DNA of 64,000 nt from Malacoraja senta (lineage: Eukaryota): the NCBI GenBank assembly GCA_038087875.1, contig JAXLNO010000033.1:124001-188000 (forward strand), read 5' to 3'. Within the stretch, counting starts at the first letter, position 1. Each line of letters starts with the position of its first letter. Shown here piece by piece: positions 1-10,648 of the stretch. The notes below the pieces were generated by a model. The model did no database searches and had not been told where the DNA came from. It worked only from the letters and a program-made list of their open reading frames with translations. Position numbers and translations under genes: made by a program.

Positions 1-1020
1 ATGGGAGGTCGTGCCCGCTGGCGAGGCATTCAGTCGGAGTGATTCCTCTCTCCATCCATTCGTGGGCTCGTGTGTTGAGCTGGTTCCATTCATCTTTCCA
101 GATGTTGGTCCTTGCTGTTTCTTTGGTTGTCTGGAGAGGTGGGACTGTCTGCAAGAAACTGGCTCTGGATTTCAGTCGGGGTGGAGGTGCTGTGTGTCCA
201 TGCAGGGGGTGCCTGGTATCGATCTCCTGTGCTCTCCGCTCGTCTTGGGCGATGATGGATCGTCTGATATGGGGGGGGGCAATACCAGCTAGGGCGTAGA
301 GGCACGGGACTGGCGTTGTCTTTATGCATCCTGTGATAATGCGGCAGGTGTCGTTGAGGGCTGTGTCAACCAGTTTGGTGTGGTGGGAGCGGCTCCAGCT
401 TGAGCACGCGTATTCAGCTGTGGAGAAGCACAGGGCTAGAGCAGTTGCACCGATGGTTGGTGGATCAGCGCCCCACTTTGAGTTTACCAGTTTGCGCAGG
501 ATGTTGTTGCGAGTGTTTACCTTGGCTTTCGTGTTCTGAAGGTGGGTTTTGAAAGAGAGTGTCCTGTCGAGTGTGATTCTGAGGTACACGGGGTGGAAGT
601 GGTTGGAGAGTTTGTGGCCATCCCATGAGACGCTCAGTTGTTTTCCTGCATCTCGATGTTTAAGATGGAAGCTGCATAGTTGGGTTTTTGATGGGTTGGG
701 TTTCAGGTGGTTGTTATTGTAGTAGGTTGTCATCTCTTGGAGGGCGCTTTCCAGGACGGGCTCAATCTTCTGGAAGTTCTCCTGTTGGGTGGTGATGCAG
801 AGGTCATCAGCATAGATGAAACGGCGGCATTGTGGGGGAAGTGGTTGGTCATTGGTGTAGATGTTGAAGAGGAGGGGGGCCAGTACGCTGCCTTGTGGTA
901 GGCCATTCTTTTGGGCTTTCCATTTGCTCTTCTTGTCGTTTATTTGGACGAAGAGGCGCCTGTTGTTTAGAAGGCTTTTGATGACTTGGCACAGGTCGAG
1001 GTCACCAGTCATGTCAAAAA
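1..1020 (-). mobile_element. Vingi/Ingi-like non-LTR retrotransposon, RT and downstream region; 5'-truncated, runs off the left edge
   Basis: Manual minus-strand translation: KSKWKAQKNGLPQGSVLAPLLFNIYTNDQP...FIYADDL...HLKPNPSKTQLCSFHL...KVNTRNNILRKL...WGAD...ALALCFSTAEYAC, typical of Vingi/Ingi-type RT. Not called in the ORF track. Confidence 0.75.
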
Positions 1021-2673
1021 GTTTCCTGATTCTTCAATAACACCTTTTGTATATAGGGTTTCAAGTGCAGCTTGAACCTCCATCACTTCTTTTTGTGCAA
1101 AGTGGAGAGTTCTGCTAGGAACATGCTGGACAGGCAAATCATAATTTGGCTTGAATTCAATTCGAAATCCTTGTATACTATTCAGAATTACCACATCTGA
1201 AGTAATTTTCTTCCAATTTTTATAGAAGAGATGTAATCTGCCTCCAACTTTTGGACTTAATCCGGTTAGTATATTCCCATGAGAACCAGGTCCACCTACC
1301 TCTTGAGTCATTTGAGTACCCTGAGATCCCTGGGTTCTCCCGGAAGCACCCCCACCGGTTCTTGCTCCCGCTGCAGGCCGCCAACTACGTCCCTGCGTTG
1401 ATGAGCGACTTGGTCCTGGTCCAGGATCCGTATGACGTCTGAAAGAACTTTACAGACTTTACAACCATTGATGTTTTCATCAATCCTGTTTTCGCTTCAT
1501 CTTCCAACTCTTTAATACGTCTCCCGAGATCCTCTCCAAAGAGCAAGTTGGGTAATTGTATATTACTTGGTTTGCAGAGTGCTGCGAATTTCGGATTCAT
1601 AGTAGGCCGTATAGCACCTTTCCTTAGACAATTGATCTCGAAGTGGGTGCAGCATAGCAACCCCAGTGCTTCCTGATGCAACTCTGTCATCTCTTGGCTT
1701 TTATCCGCTATTCTGGCAAAAGCAGTTATTCCAGAACCCAGCAGCTTTAATATTCTCTGCAATTTTAATTCTTGAGTTCTCATTGTCATACTGATTCCAG
1801 ATGATTTGATTCACTGCTGGTGCTTTCAGCAACACACAGTTACTTGGGGTCTCATGTTTTCTTGCAGTCTCATCCATCTCCTGCTGTTCCAGCTGATGGG
1901 AAACCAAGTAATTTATTAAGGAGGCCAGTTCTTCTCTTAACGGCTCTCCTGACCCTAACGGGGCAGCGAATCGTACTGCCAGTGGTGGAATATCTGCCAG
2001 CTGCCGTTCTTCACCTTGTATAGCCTCACCGTCAGAGTCAGGGTCAGAACTCTCATGACCCATAGCACGCTCCTCATCCCTGAGGGTGCATTCCATCAGC
2101 TCTGTACCAGGAGCTGTTGAGCTGCTTCCAGCAGCTTGGATTTCAGTACACTCCTCCCTGAGTGAACTTTGCTCCAACAGCCTATGTAAAAGGCTTTCCA
2201 TTTGGGCAATACGCTCAAAAGCAGTATCTAGCCCTGGAGCTACTTCCATTGCCTGGGACTCCTCCTCCCTGGGCCGTCGGGATTTAAACTTCGCCTTTCG
2301 CCCGACAGGCGCTGACTGTGTTTTAATCAGCCCCAGGTCCACAGTCGCTATGCTCACCGCTGGCGACTGTACCAGGGTTAGAGGCGGTTGGTCGCTACCC
2401 GCAGCCTCCCGACTTTCTGTCGGCTGAGTCGCTCGCCTCTTCCCCCTGCCCGTTTTGTCCATGGCGTTTGTGGAAAAAATCCCCACAGACCCACAGTAAA
2501 CGGACCTGGAAAACATGAAAAAAGTTTCTACTTACCTTGTAGTTAAAAAACTACAAATCCACTAGAGGTGCTCTGCTCCTCACGTCCGTTTGCGTCAAGG
2601 CGTCTGACGTAATGACGCGCAGGCGCACTGGCGGGGTTCTTCACGTAGTCACTCGCGTGACTCCGAAGTAAAA
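1021..2673 (-). mobile_element. DIRS-type retrotransposon, 5' part (terminal repeat, gag-like ORF, start of RT)
   Basis: Gag-like ORF split by a frameshift (1701-2516 and 1385-1789: LKAPAVNQIIW...LLFGEDL). RT N-terminus VGGRLHLFYKNWKKITSD...GFRIEF in ORF 1009-1311. The minus-strand terminus reads TTTTACTTCGGAGTCACGCGAGTGACTACGTGAAG, with an internal GTCAC/GTGAC hairpin. Confidence 0.8.
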
Positions 2674-5103
2674 TATGTTTGAATTATCCACTTCGCCTTT
2701 AATCTCATTTGTGTTTGCTGTTTCTTGCAAGTAAATTATGTCGCTTTTCAAAGATTTTAGGTGAGCAATAATTTTACCCCTCTTTATTGGTTCATTGGCA
2801 CCCCTTATATTCCAACTACAAATGTGATTCCTCCATTCTTTATTTGTGTATCGTCTTGCATTGTATATCAAAGTAGTATTCTTGAATCATATGGTGCAAA
2901 CAAATACCTCAGAATTCTGGGTGTTGGGTGGTCATTCCAAGTTTTTAAGTTTATATTACATCTCCTTCTCCAAAAGTACCTTAGATAAAGAAAGAAAAAT
3001 TGTGATTTAAAGTTGATTACACAAAAACTAAGCAAATACAAATTTATATAGTGATTTTTAAAAAAAAGTGAAGTTAAGGTATCTAAGAAAAGATACCTTA
3101 AAGACAAATAGCCACCTAAGGTGGCGAAAAATTTATGGACTTCCTTTGGTGTTGTTTTACATTGAACTCCAATCCCTTATTAACACCTCATAAAAAACTA
3201 CAAACCGTCTCATATCTTGTTTATTCTTATTTAAATTTATCAAACTAGCACTAGTAAAAAGCAAAAAGACTCAGAGAAAAAATATAAAAAAAGAAAAAAA
3301 GAAAAAAGAAAAACCAAATATAAAACACAACATATTCTCAGTTCTATAAGTATTTATACCTTTCCAATTTATCTAACCAACTACCATACGAGCAGGTACC
3401 GAGGGGTTAACCTCATTCCTGGATCTTTTCCAAGATTATGTTGCATTCCCACACAAGAAAAATACGTTAGTAATATTATAGACATTTTGGTTAATTACTA
3501 TTTATAAGCAATGGTTTATTCATGATTTGTTCATATTTACTACATACACTCACAAATCATTAGTATTATTAAATTTATTAAATTAGTTGGTTAATTATAA
3601 TTAGAATATAATAGTTAGATATTTTCTTAAATCAACAGTTAGTATTAATATTATCTCACCCATGTCCCTTATACAGTATCTTCAACATCCTTTTGTTTAT
3701 CTTTGAGCTTTTCATTCAAGGTGAAACATGGACAATGTTCTCAAATACACATTCCAGACAGATAAGCTCGGTAACTGTCTGGAAAAATCCACCATCTTAG
3801 CCAGTTCCAACTCTATCTTAAAAGTTAAAAAATTCAATGTTCCTCCTCTTCGACAACTTCTTCCGATATTTTCGATGCTTTTCTCACGATATCTTCTGCA
3901 TACTTAAATGCTTTTTCGGGATCCATAAATGAGCGCTCAGTTCCGTTATAAGTAATTTTCATTTTTGCTGGGAAGACCACCCCATATCTGACCTTGGATA
4001 TTCCTCTCAGTATGTTTCTTGTCTGTGTAAACAAGTTCCTTCTCTGGATGACCTCCGGAGGATAATCACGGAAAAATCGAATATTATCCCCACAATATGT
4101 CAAAATCTCCCCATGAACAATCTTATTCAGTATAAATTCCACTGAAGAAATATCGAGAAATTTCACAATTATCTGTCTTGGAGCAGCATTTATGCCTCTT
4201 GAGACACGTGCAACTCGGTGAACAATATCTATTCTTAATTCTTCCGGCAGTTTAAAAACATCTTTGAGTAAGTCAGCAACGAAAGTACGTGTTTGAGATA
4301 CATGTCCTTCTCGCCCTTCTCTTACTCCAACAATTCTCAAATTCTGCCTTCTCGATCTCGCTTCCAAGTCCAAACATTTGTCAGTCATCCTTGCAAGTTT
4401 TTCTTCTTCAGCTTTCTTTGATTTTTTCAAACTATTTATTTCCGTAATCATCTCTTTCATATCATTTTCCATCTCTTCCATTCTCTCATCAATGTCGCCC
4501 ATCTTAGCATTTACACCAGTAAATTTATTATTATAACCATTTTCAATTCTAACAAATTCTGATTTAAGTTTTTTATCAAACTCATTATGTTGCTTCTTCA
4601 GCTCCTTTAACTCAGCACAAGCACCGTCAATTTTATGAGAGAATATCTCCATATTAGTCTCCATACTCTGCATCTTAATCTCCATACTCTACATCTTTTC
4701 CAGTGTTGTATTAATTGCAGCAGTCATATCGAAAAGCATTTACCTCCTTCTCCTTCTTTTCTCCTTTTGCAGCCATTTCCAGCACAGCTCCTTGGCTGTA
4801 AGACTTCTTCTAAGCCATCTTCTGTTGTTTGCAGAGTATCCAAAACTTTTTCAAGCTGGAGACTTATAGTAGTTTTCTTGGGTGCTCGTGAGCTTTTCTC
4901 TTTTCTCATTTAAAAGTCCCGATTTTTACCGTTAAACTCCCGATTTTAGCGTAGTTCTCTGATGATGTCACCCTTATGCGACGCCAAGCAGCTCCGGTGA
5001 GTTATTTTTATAGTCGGTCCCAACTTTAAAATGGCTTTTTAGCGATTTTACGGGAGAGGAGCTCAATGCAGCGCCCTTAGTGTTCCATGGTGCTACCGGA
5101 AAT
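2674..5103 (-). mobile_element. L1 element, 5' part (5'UTR, ORF1, ~970-bp spacer, start of ORF2), interrupted by the DIRS element
   Basis: ORF1 motif DLEARSRRQNLRIVGVREG; ORF2 endonuclease start CSWNIRGANEPIKRGKIIAHLKSLKSDIIYLQET; 5' end TTCCGGTAGCACCATGG. Confidence 0.9.
3834..4909 (-). pseudogene. L1 ORF1p (coiled coil, RRM, CTD) with a frameshift near 4700
   Basis: ORFs 4724-4909 and 3834-4685; heptad-rich N-terminus, then RSRRQNLRIVG, APRQIIVKF, IRFFRDYP, YGVVFPAKMKI. Confidence 0.85.
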
Positions 5104-7237
5104 TTTAGAGATAAAACGCAATTTGGAGATTGGTCGGAAATTATTGTTGGGATTTGCACTGGGTTTCTTAGGTACTGGAGTTATTGCAGAGGTTTTGAGA
5201 GAGGAAGGAACATGAGCAGAAATAAGGGAGGAGTGGATGATGTTAGTTATGAAAGAGGAGAGGGAAGGAGACAGGTTTTGACTAAGTGGGTGGGGAGGGG
5301 GTCGAGCTGGTAGGTGGATGATTTGGATTTTCGGATGAGATCAGATATTTCAGTAACAGTTGGGAGTTGAAAACTAGATAATAAAGAAAAGGGGGGGACA
5401 GAGGAAGGTGGATGGAGTGCACTATTATCCGTATTAGATAAAGAGGGGAGCTGTTGATGAATGTTTTCAATTTTGGTTTTGAAAAAGGACATAAAACTAT
5501 TACATTGAGAAGTTGAGTACAAGTGGGGTGGAAGTATAAGGTGGTCGTAAGATCATGTTAATTGTGGAAAACAGGGCTCGAGTGTTCCCTTCGCCAGATG
5601 AAATCAAATTAGTACAGTATATGGATTTAGCTGTGGAGTGGGCATCCTTATAGTGCAGTATGTGGTTGTCATACATGTCCTTGTGAACAACAAGTCCGTT
5701 TTTTTTGTAGAGACGTTCCATGCGACGTCCTTTTATTTTTAGCTTGCGTAGAGCAAGTGTGTACCAGGGGGCAGAGTGAGTAAAATAAACAGTCTGGGTT
5801 TTCAGAGGAGCGAGAGTGTCCAGGAGATTGTGAAGTCCATCATTGTAATGTGAAACCAGATCATCAGTGTTGACTAATTTATCTATATCGAGGAGATTGT
5901 TAATTCCAACAGAGAGAGCAGGTAGATCAATATTCTTGTTGTTACGCAATGAGATGGAGCGAGACTGATTTGTTTTGGGTGGTGATAAGTTGACATTAAA
6001 ATAAATTAGCTTATGATCAGAGATGGGCAGATCAGATGCAGTACTGTTAAAAGGGGTTAAACCAGAGCAGCAGATGAGGTCCAGGATGTGACCTTTGTTG
6101 TGTGTGGGAAAGTTAATATGTTGCTGTAATCCAAAACTGTCTAGAGTTGAAGAAAAGTCCCTTGTAAGAGTGTTGCTGATATTGTTCATGTGAATATTAA
6201 GATCACCCAGTATTATGACATTTGGGGGCATGCAGTAAATAGATGTTAAAAAGGAAGAAAAATCATTAAAAAAATTATTATTGGGGTTGGGTGGGCGATA
6301 GATAGTGGCTAAAACAGTAGGGACGGGTCCACTGATTTGTAGGATTATGGATTTGATTGAGTTGTGGGCAGGGACAGTGACAGGAGACACTCTCCACTTG
6401 TCATTGTAGAGCATTGCGACACCGTCCCCTCGGCCTGCGGCGCGTGATTATTAGGCGTAAACGAATGACCACACACAAACATCGTTGAGCTGTGTGTAAT
6501 CATTCTGACGCTGCCAGGTTTCTGTCAGGCACAAGAAGTCGAATTTGTTGTCCTGTAAAAGATCGTAGGCCAGGAGACCCTTGTTGGTGAGTGGGCGGAT
6601 GTTGAACAGCCCGACGGAGACGGTGGTGTTGACGAGATTAGCGCTAGCCGACCTGGCAAGGTTAGTTAGCACATTGTGGTGGTGCTTTATCGGGGGACGA
6701 GATGACAATGACCAGAATGATCTTATTGGCTTTGTGTCATCAATGTTGAATCTCCGTCCGGAGCCACGGTGGATATATTTCCGACGATAATGACGAGCCA
6801 GATCCAGGTGAAGATGTAACACCGGGGTTGGGTCGGACAGGTGGGGTCGCAGCTGGAGAAGTTCATCCACCGAGTATTGGAGAATCAGTGTAACAGGATC
6901 GAGTTTGGATGAGAGAGTGATCCAGACAAGCACAGTCCATAAAAACAAGCTGTTAATCTTCATTGTTGCCAGCGATTAATCCAAACGGCGGCGGCCGGAA
7001 ACAGGAGCGGCAGGTAGTGGAGGTGAGGTCATGAGCTCCAACAACAAAAAGAAAAAGGTAATAACAGTCAATATATGCAGGTTATTCCATTAAAGTCAGC
7101 AGACAAGTTGCTGAAGTGTGTTGACAGATAGATTCCCTGCTCAAATTGCAATAAGTAGTAGTAGGGACAGCAATAATACATAATTCGGAGAGAGAGCAGC
7201 GGCAGCTAGTCACGCCAGCATTCACTCTCACTTCCGG
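5104..7237 (-). mobile_element. L2-clade LINE, 5' end to start of RT, interrupted by L1
   Basis: APE motifs GLFNIR, LCLTETW, TIYRPP, IILGDLNIH, GHILDL, SDHKL, HSAPWYT in ORFs 6451-6963 and 5500-6414; LDPLPT and NFRPIS just before the L1 junction. Confidence 0.85.
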
Positions 7238-7239
7238 CA

Positions 7240-7920
7240 ACCATTAGGTGGGCAATCCTCCACATTGCTGGGTAGAGTCTGGTGTTATCACTCTACTGGA
7301 GCAGCTTACCCAGAGATACAGCTAGGGGCATAGGTCTTCGGGATGTTGCCCTGTCGTATTGTATTTGTTATATCTAGCTCTCTCAGCTGTTCCCCGGCAT
7401 CAATGGTTCTTTTATTGTCACATGTGCGAAGTGCTAACACAATGAAATTATTTTTCACACAAAGCGTCCTGTATAGTATTGCCATACCCCTGATCCTCGA
7501 TTAGCAAGTGTACAGAAATAGTCTACAGAACCCGTATGCAAGAGGCGCCATATTTTAGTGCCATTTTAAAAGTCCACGCTCTAGTTCTTATGAGCGGTGC
7601 CTCTTCCCGACACATCCTAGGCTGTTGTGGGCCTCCGGCCATCTCCTTCCTTGGACGGGGCCCGTTCCTTCTCTCCAGGGATGCTGCCTGCGTGTGCTGC
7701 TTTTACTGTGGATCATGCATGGTATAGAAGATGCACTGAGCTGGCATGTCATCATTTTTGGATATACCTGAAGCTGCCCTTCTGCACTCCTCATTGAACC
7801 AGACTTGATCCGCTGGCTTGACTGAAAAGAAGAGAAGAATGAGGAATCTGCTAAGTCATGACATTGTAGAATGTGGTGGGTTGCATTTCTGCTGACGCCC
7901 CACAGTAATTCTTGGAGAGT
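7240..7920 (-). mobile_element. Old degenerate CR1-like fragment with a Rex1-type tail element inserted at ~7405-7720
   Basis: Decayed similarity to a CR1 linker region around the PWFNEECRR-like segment (7780-7810); TTTATTGTCAC...GAAAT tail motif at ~7410-7450. Confidence 0.45.
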
Positions 7921-8488
7921 CAAGGATGTTTAATTGTCGTGTGTACCGGTAACAGAACGATGACATTCTTGCAGCTAGGAGCTTAACAGGCTTGATTCAC
8001 ACACACAGATAAAACATGAATTAAAAAATGGAATACATTTATAACCATAATACTAGGTAGCCATAATAATGCAAAAGCAGGAGTCCTGCGCTCGGTCTCG
8101 CTGATATATATGAGTCCACACCTGGATGGACTTGCAGAAAATGTGAATGTGCTCACGTATGAATGACCCCCTTCACGTTCAGAGAGCACATTACAGGTAC
8201 ACCTAGAACAGCATATACAGTAAATGTGGTCGGAGGCGGTGCAAGTGAACCTCTGCCTCACCTGAAAGGCTGTTGGGGTCCTTGGACGGAGTAGAGGAGG
8301 GAAGTATAGGTTCATCTCCTGCTCATGTGTTGCATCTCCGGTTGTAGGGGAAAGTACCTGGAGAGGAGGAAGTTTGGGAAGGGACGAGTTCACCAGGGAG
8401 TTACAGAGGGAACGGTCTTGCGGAAAGGGGTGGAGATGGGAAGATGTGGCTAGTGGTGGGATCCCGTTGGAGGTGTATATCACAGGTT

Positions 8489-8699
8489 TGTAGCGGCCTT
8501 GGCGAGGTCAGTAAAAGGCCAGACGCCAGACGGGTTCAATTAGTAGACTTTAATCCTTACAGCAAGAGTACACCACACACACACCTCGAGAGCACTAAAT
8601 CCAGGGTCGTCTGGAAATCCCGCGGCAGACCAGTCCCCTGTCCTTCACCCGGCGAGGGGGATGATCCAAGGAGTGGCCTACCCCCCAGGGACCGCCACA
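8489..8699 (-). repeat. 3' LTR of the Gypsy element
   Basis: Direct repeat of 10447-10648; about 6 substitutions and 2 small indels by eye. Confidence 0.95.
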
Positions 8700-10417
8700 T
8701 GACCCCCCCCAAGTACCCGAGACACGAAACGGACAGGAGGGCGTACACGGCGGCCAGCGCAGGTACACACCATGCCCGGCCCCGGAACAGGCAACTGACC
8801 AACAGGTGCATGGGACGGAGTAACCAGAGAAGGAGGTACCCTAGACAGAGGCCGCCCTCGCTTACGGGGCCGCGCTACCAACACCGGCTGATCAATATCA
8901 ATATGTGCTGGCTTCAGCCGCGCAACTGAAACAGTCTCATGCCGACCCCCCATGTCCAGGACGAAAGAGGATGAACCATGTTCCAGGACCCGAAAGGGAC
9001 CCTCGTACGGCCGCTGGAGAGGTGTCCGATGCGCATCTTTGCGCAGAAAAACGAACTGGCAGTCCACCAGGGCAGGCGGAACATGGGGAAGGAAAGACCC
9101 ATGACGAGACGTTGGCACCGGCGCCAACTTGCCCACCGTCTGCCGAAGACGTTGCAGAGCGTCCGAAGGCTGCTCCACCTGACCACGTGCTGACGGGATG
9201 AACTCCCCGGGCACCGTCAACGGAGACCCATATACCAACTCGGCGGAGGAGGAGGTCAAGTCCTCTTTGGGTGCGGTGCGGGTCCCCAGCAAAACCCACG
9301 GCAGAGCGTCCACCCAGTCCGGATCCTTGAGCCGTGCCTTCAGGGCGTCCTTAAGTTGACGGTGAAACCGCTCCACCAAGCCGTTCGCCTGCGGGTGGTA
9401 CGCCGTCGTGCGGTGCAGACGAACGCCCGGGAGACGTGCCATGGCCGCCCACAGCTCCGACGTGAACTGAGGCCCCTGGTCGGAAGTTATGTCCAGTGGC
9501 ACTCCGAACCTGGCGATCCAGTGCGCCACCAAGGCTCGAGCGCAAGTAGCCGTTGCAGAATTCGGTGGTGGAATGGCTTCAGGCCACCGCGTGAAGCGGT
9601 CCACAACGGTGAATTGGTATGTCATGCCCTGGGACGACGGCAGCGGCCCCTCGATGTCCACGTGAATGTGGTCGAAACGCTGCCTTGGAATGGGGAACTC
9701 TTGCAACGGTGCGCACACGTGTCGTTGCACCTTGGCGGTCTGGCACGGGATGCAGGTGCGCGCCCAGTGTCCAACCTCCTTCCGCAGCCCGTGCCACATG
9801 AAACGGGAGGCAACCAGGGCCGTTGTCGCCCGGATGGAGGGATGCGCAATGGAGACGCGGTCGATAGCCGTCCCGACCTGCTCTGAGCCTCCAAACGCCG
9901 CGGGAAGGACGTTCAGCGCATCCAGGTCCTTATGGCGGTTCATCCACAGTTCGTCGGCTTGTTCACCCAGCTCCCGCATGTCGGTGAATGGATCCCTGGC
10001 GAGCTGCATACGGATGTCGGGCGGTAGCTGCTGCAGGTAGGCGTATTTAAACAGAAAACAAGGTTCATGGTCCCCCATTAGGGTTAGCATGTCCTCCAGG
10101 AGGGCAGAAGGCCGGCGGTCGCCCAGACCCTCCATTCTGCAAATCCGAGCTGCCCGCTCGGAGTCACCCAGGCCAAACTTCCTGATAAGGTATGCCTTCA
10201 GGGCCCTATATTTGTTTGCTACCGGGGGGTTCTTGAGGAAAGGCTTAATTCTCCTTGCGGTCGCTTGGTCAAGCGCGCCAATCACGTAAAAATACTTAGT
10301 CTCATCTACTGTAATTCCTCTCACAGAAAACTGTGCCTCTGCCTGCTGGAACCAAATGTCAGCTTCTTCGGTCCACATAGTAGGGAGCTTCAACGCAACG
10401 GCGTTATTCTCCATCAC
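8678..10417 (-). CDS. 579-aa in-frame Gag-integrase fusion (no protease, RT or RNase H)
   Basis: Gag KLPTMWTEEADIWFQQAEAQF...LGDRRPSALL joined to integrase AHPSIRAT...CIPC, HVDIEGPL, TSDQGPQF, VERFHR, YEGPF. Confidence 0.85.
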   Translation of the reverse strand: MMENNAVALKLPTMWTEEADIWFQQAEAQFSVRGITVDETKYFYVIGALDQATARRIKPFLKNPPVANKYRALKAYLIRKFGLGDSERAARICRMEGLGDRRPSALLEDMLTLMGDHEPCFLFKYAYLQQLPPDIRMQLARDPFTDMRELGEQADELWMNRHKDLDALNVLPAAFGGSEQVGTAIDRVSIAHPSIRATTALVASRFMWHGLRKEVGHWARTCIPCQTAKVQRHVCAPLQEFPIPRQRFDHIHVDIEGPLPSSQGMTYQFTVVDRFTRWPEAIPPPNSATATCARALVAHWIARFGVPLDITSDQGPQFTSELWAAMARLPGVRLHRTTAYHPQANGLVERFHRQLKDALKARLKDPDWVDALPWVLLGTRTAPKEDLTSSSAELVYGSPLTVPGEFIPSARGQVEQPSDALQRLRQTVGKLAPVPTSRHGSFLPHVPPALVDCQFVFLRKDAHRTPLQRPYEGPFRVLEHGSSSFVLDMGGRHETVSVARLKPAHIDIDQPVLVARPRKRGRPLSRVPPSLVTPSHAPVGQLPVPGPGMVCTCAGRRVRPPVRFVSRVLGGGHVAVPGG

Positions 10418-10446
10418 GACGCGTGATGGACGGCGTAGGTCACCAG

Positions 10447-10648
10447 TGTAGCGGCCTTGACGAGGTCAATAAAAGGCCAGACGGGTTCAATTAGTAGACT
10501 TTAATCCTTACAGCAAGAGTACACCACACACACCTCGAGAGCACTAAATCCAGGGTCGTCTAGAAACCCCATGGCAGACCAGTCCCCTGTCCTTCACCCG
10601 GCGAGGGGGATGATCCAAGGAGTGGCCTACCCCCCAGGGACCGCCACA
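10447..10648 (-). repeat. 5' LTR of the Gypsy element
   Basis: TG...CA termini; followed on the minus strand by the PBS. Confidence 0.95.

Larger units (their letters stand above)
8489..10648 (-). mobile_element. Internally deleted Ty3/Gypsy LTR retrotransposon (2160 bp)
   Basis: TG...CA LTRs at 8489-8699 and 10447-10648; 4-bp TSD GGTT; PBS-like TGGTGACC at 10438-10445; G-rich PPT at ~8700-8713. Confidence 0.95.

Noticed and set aside
8678..10417. Gag-integrase ORF as a domesticated host gene
   Set aside because: It still has two similar LTRs, PBS, PPT and TSD, and is the youngest layer of a nest.
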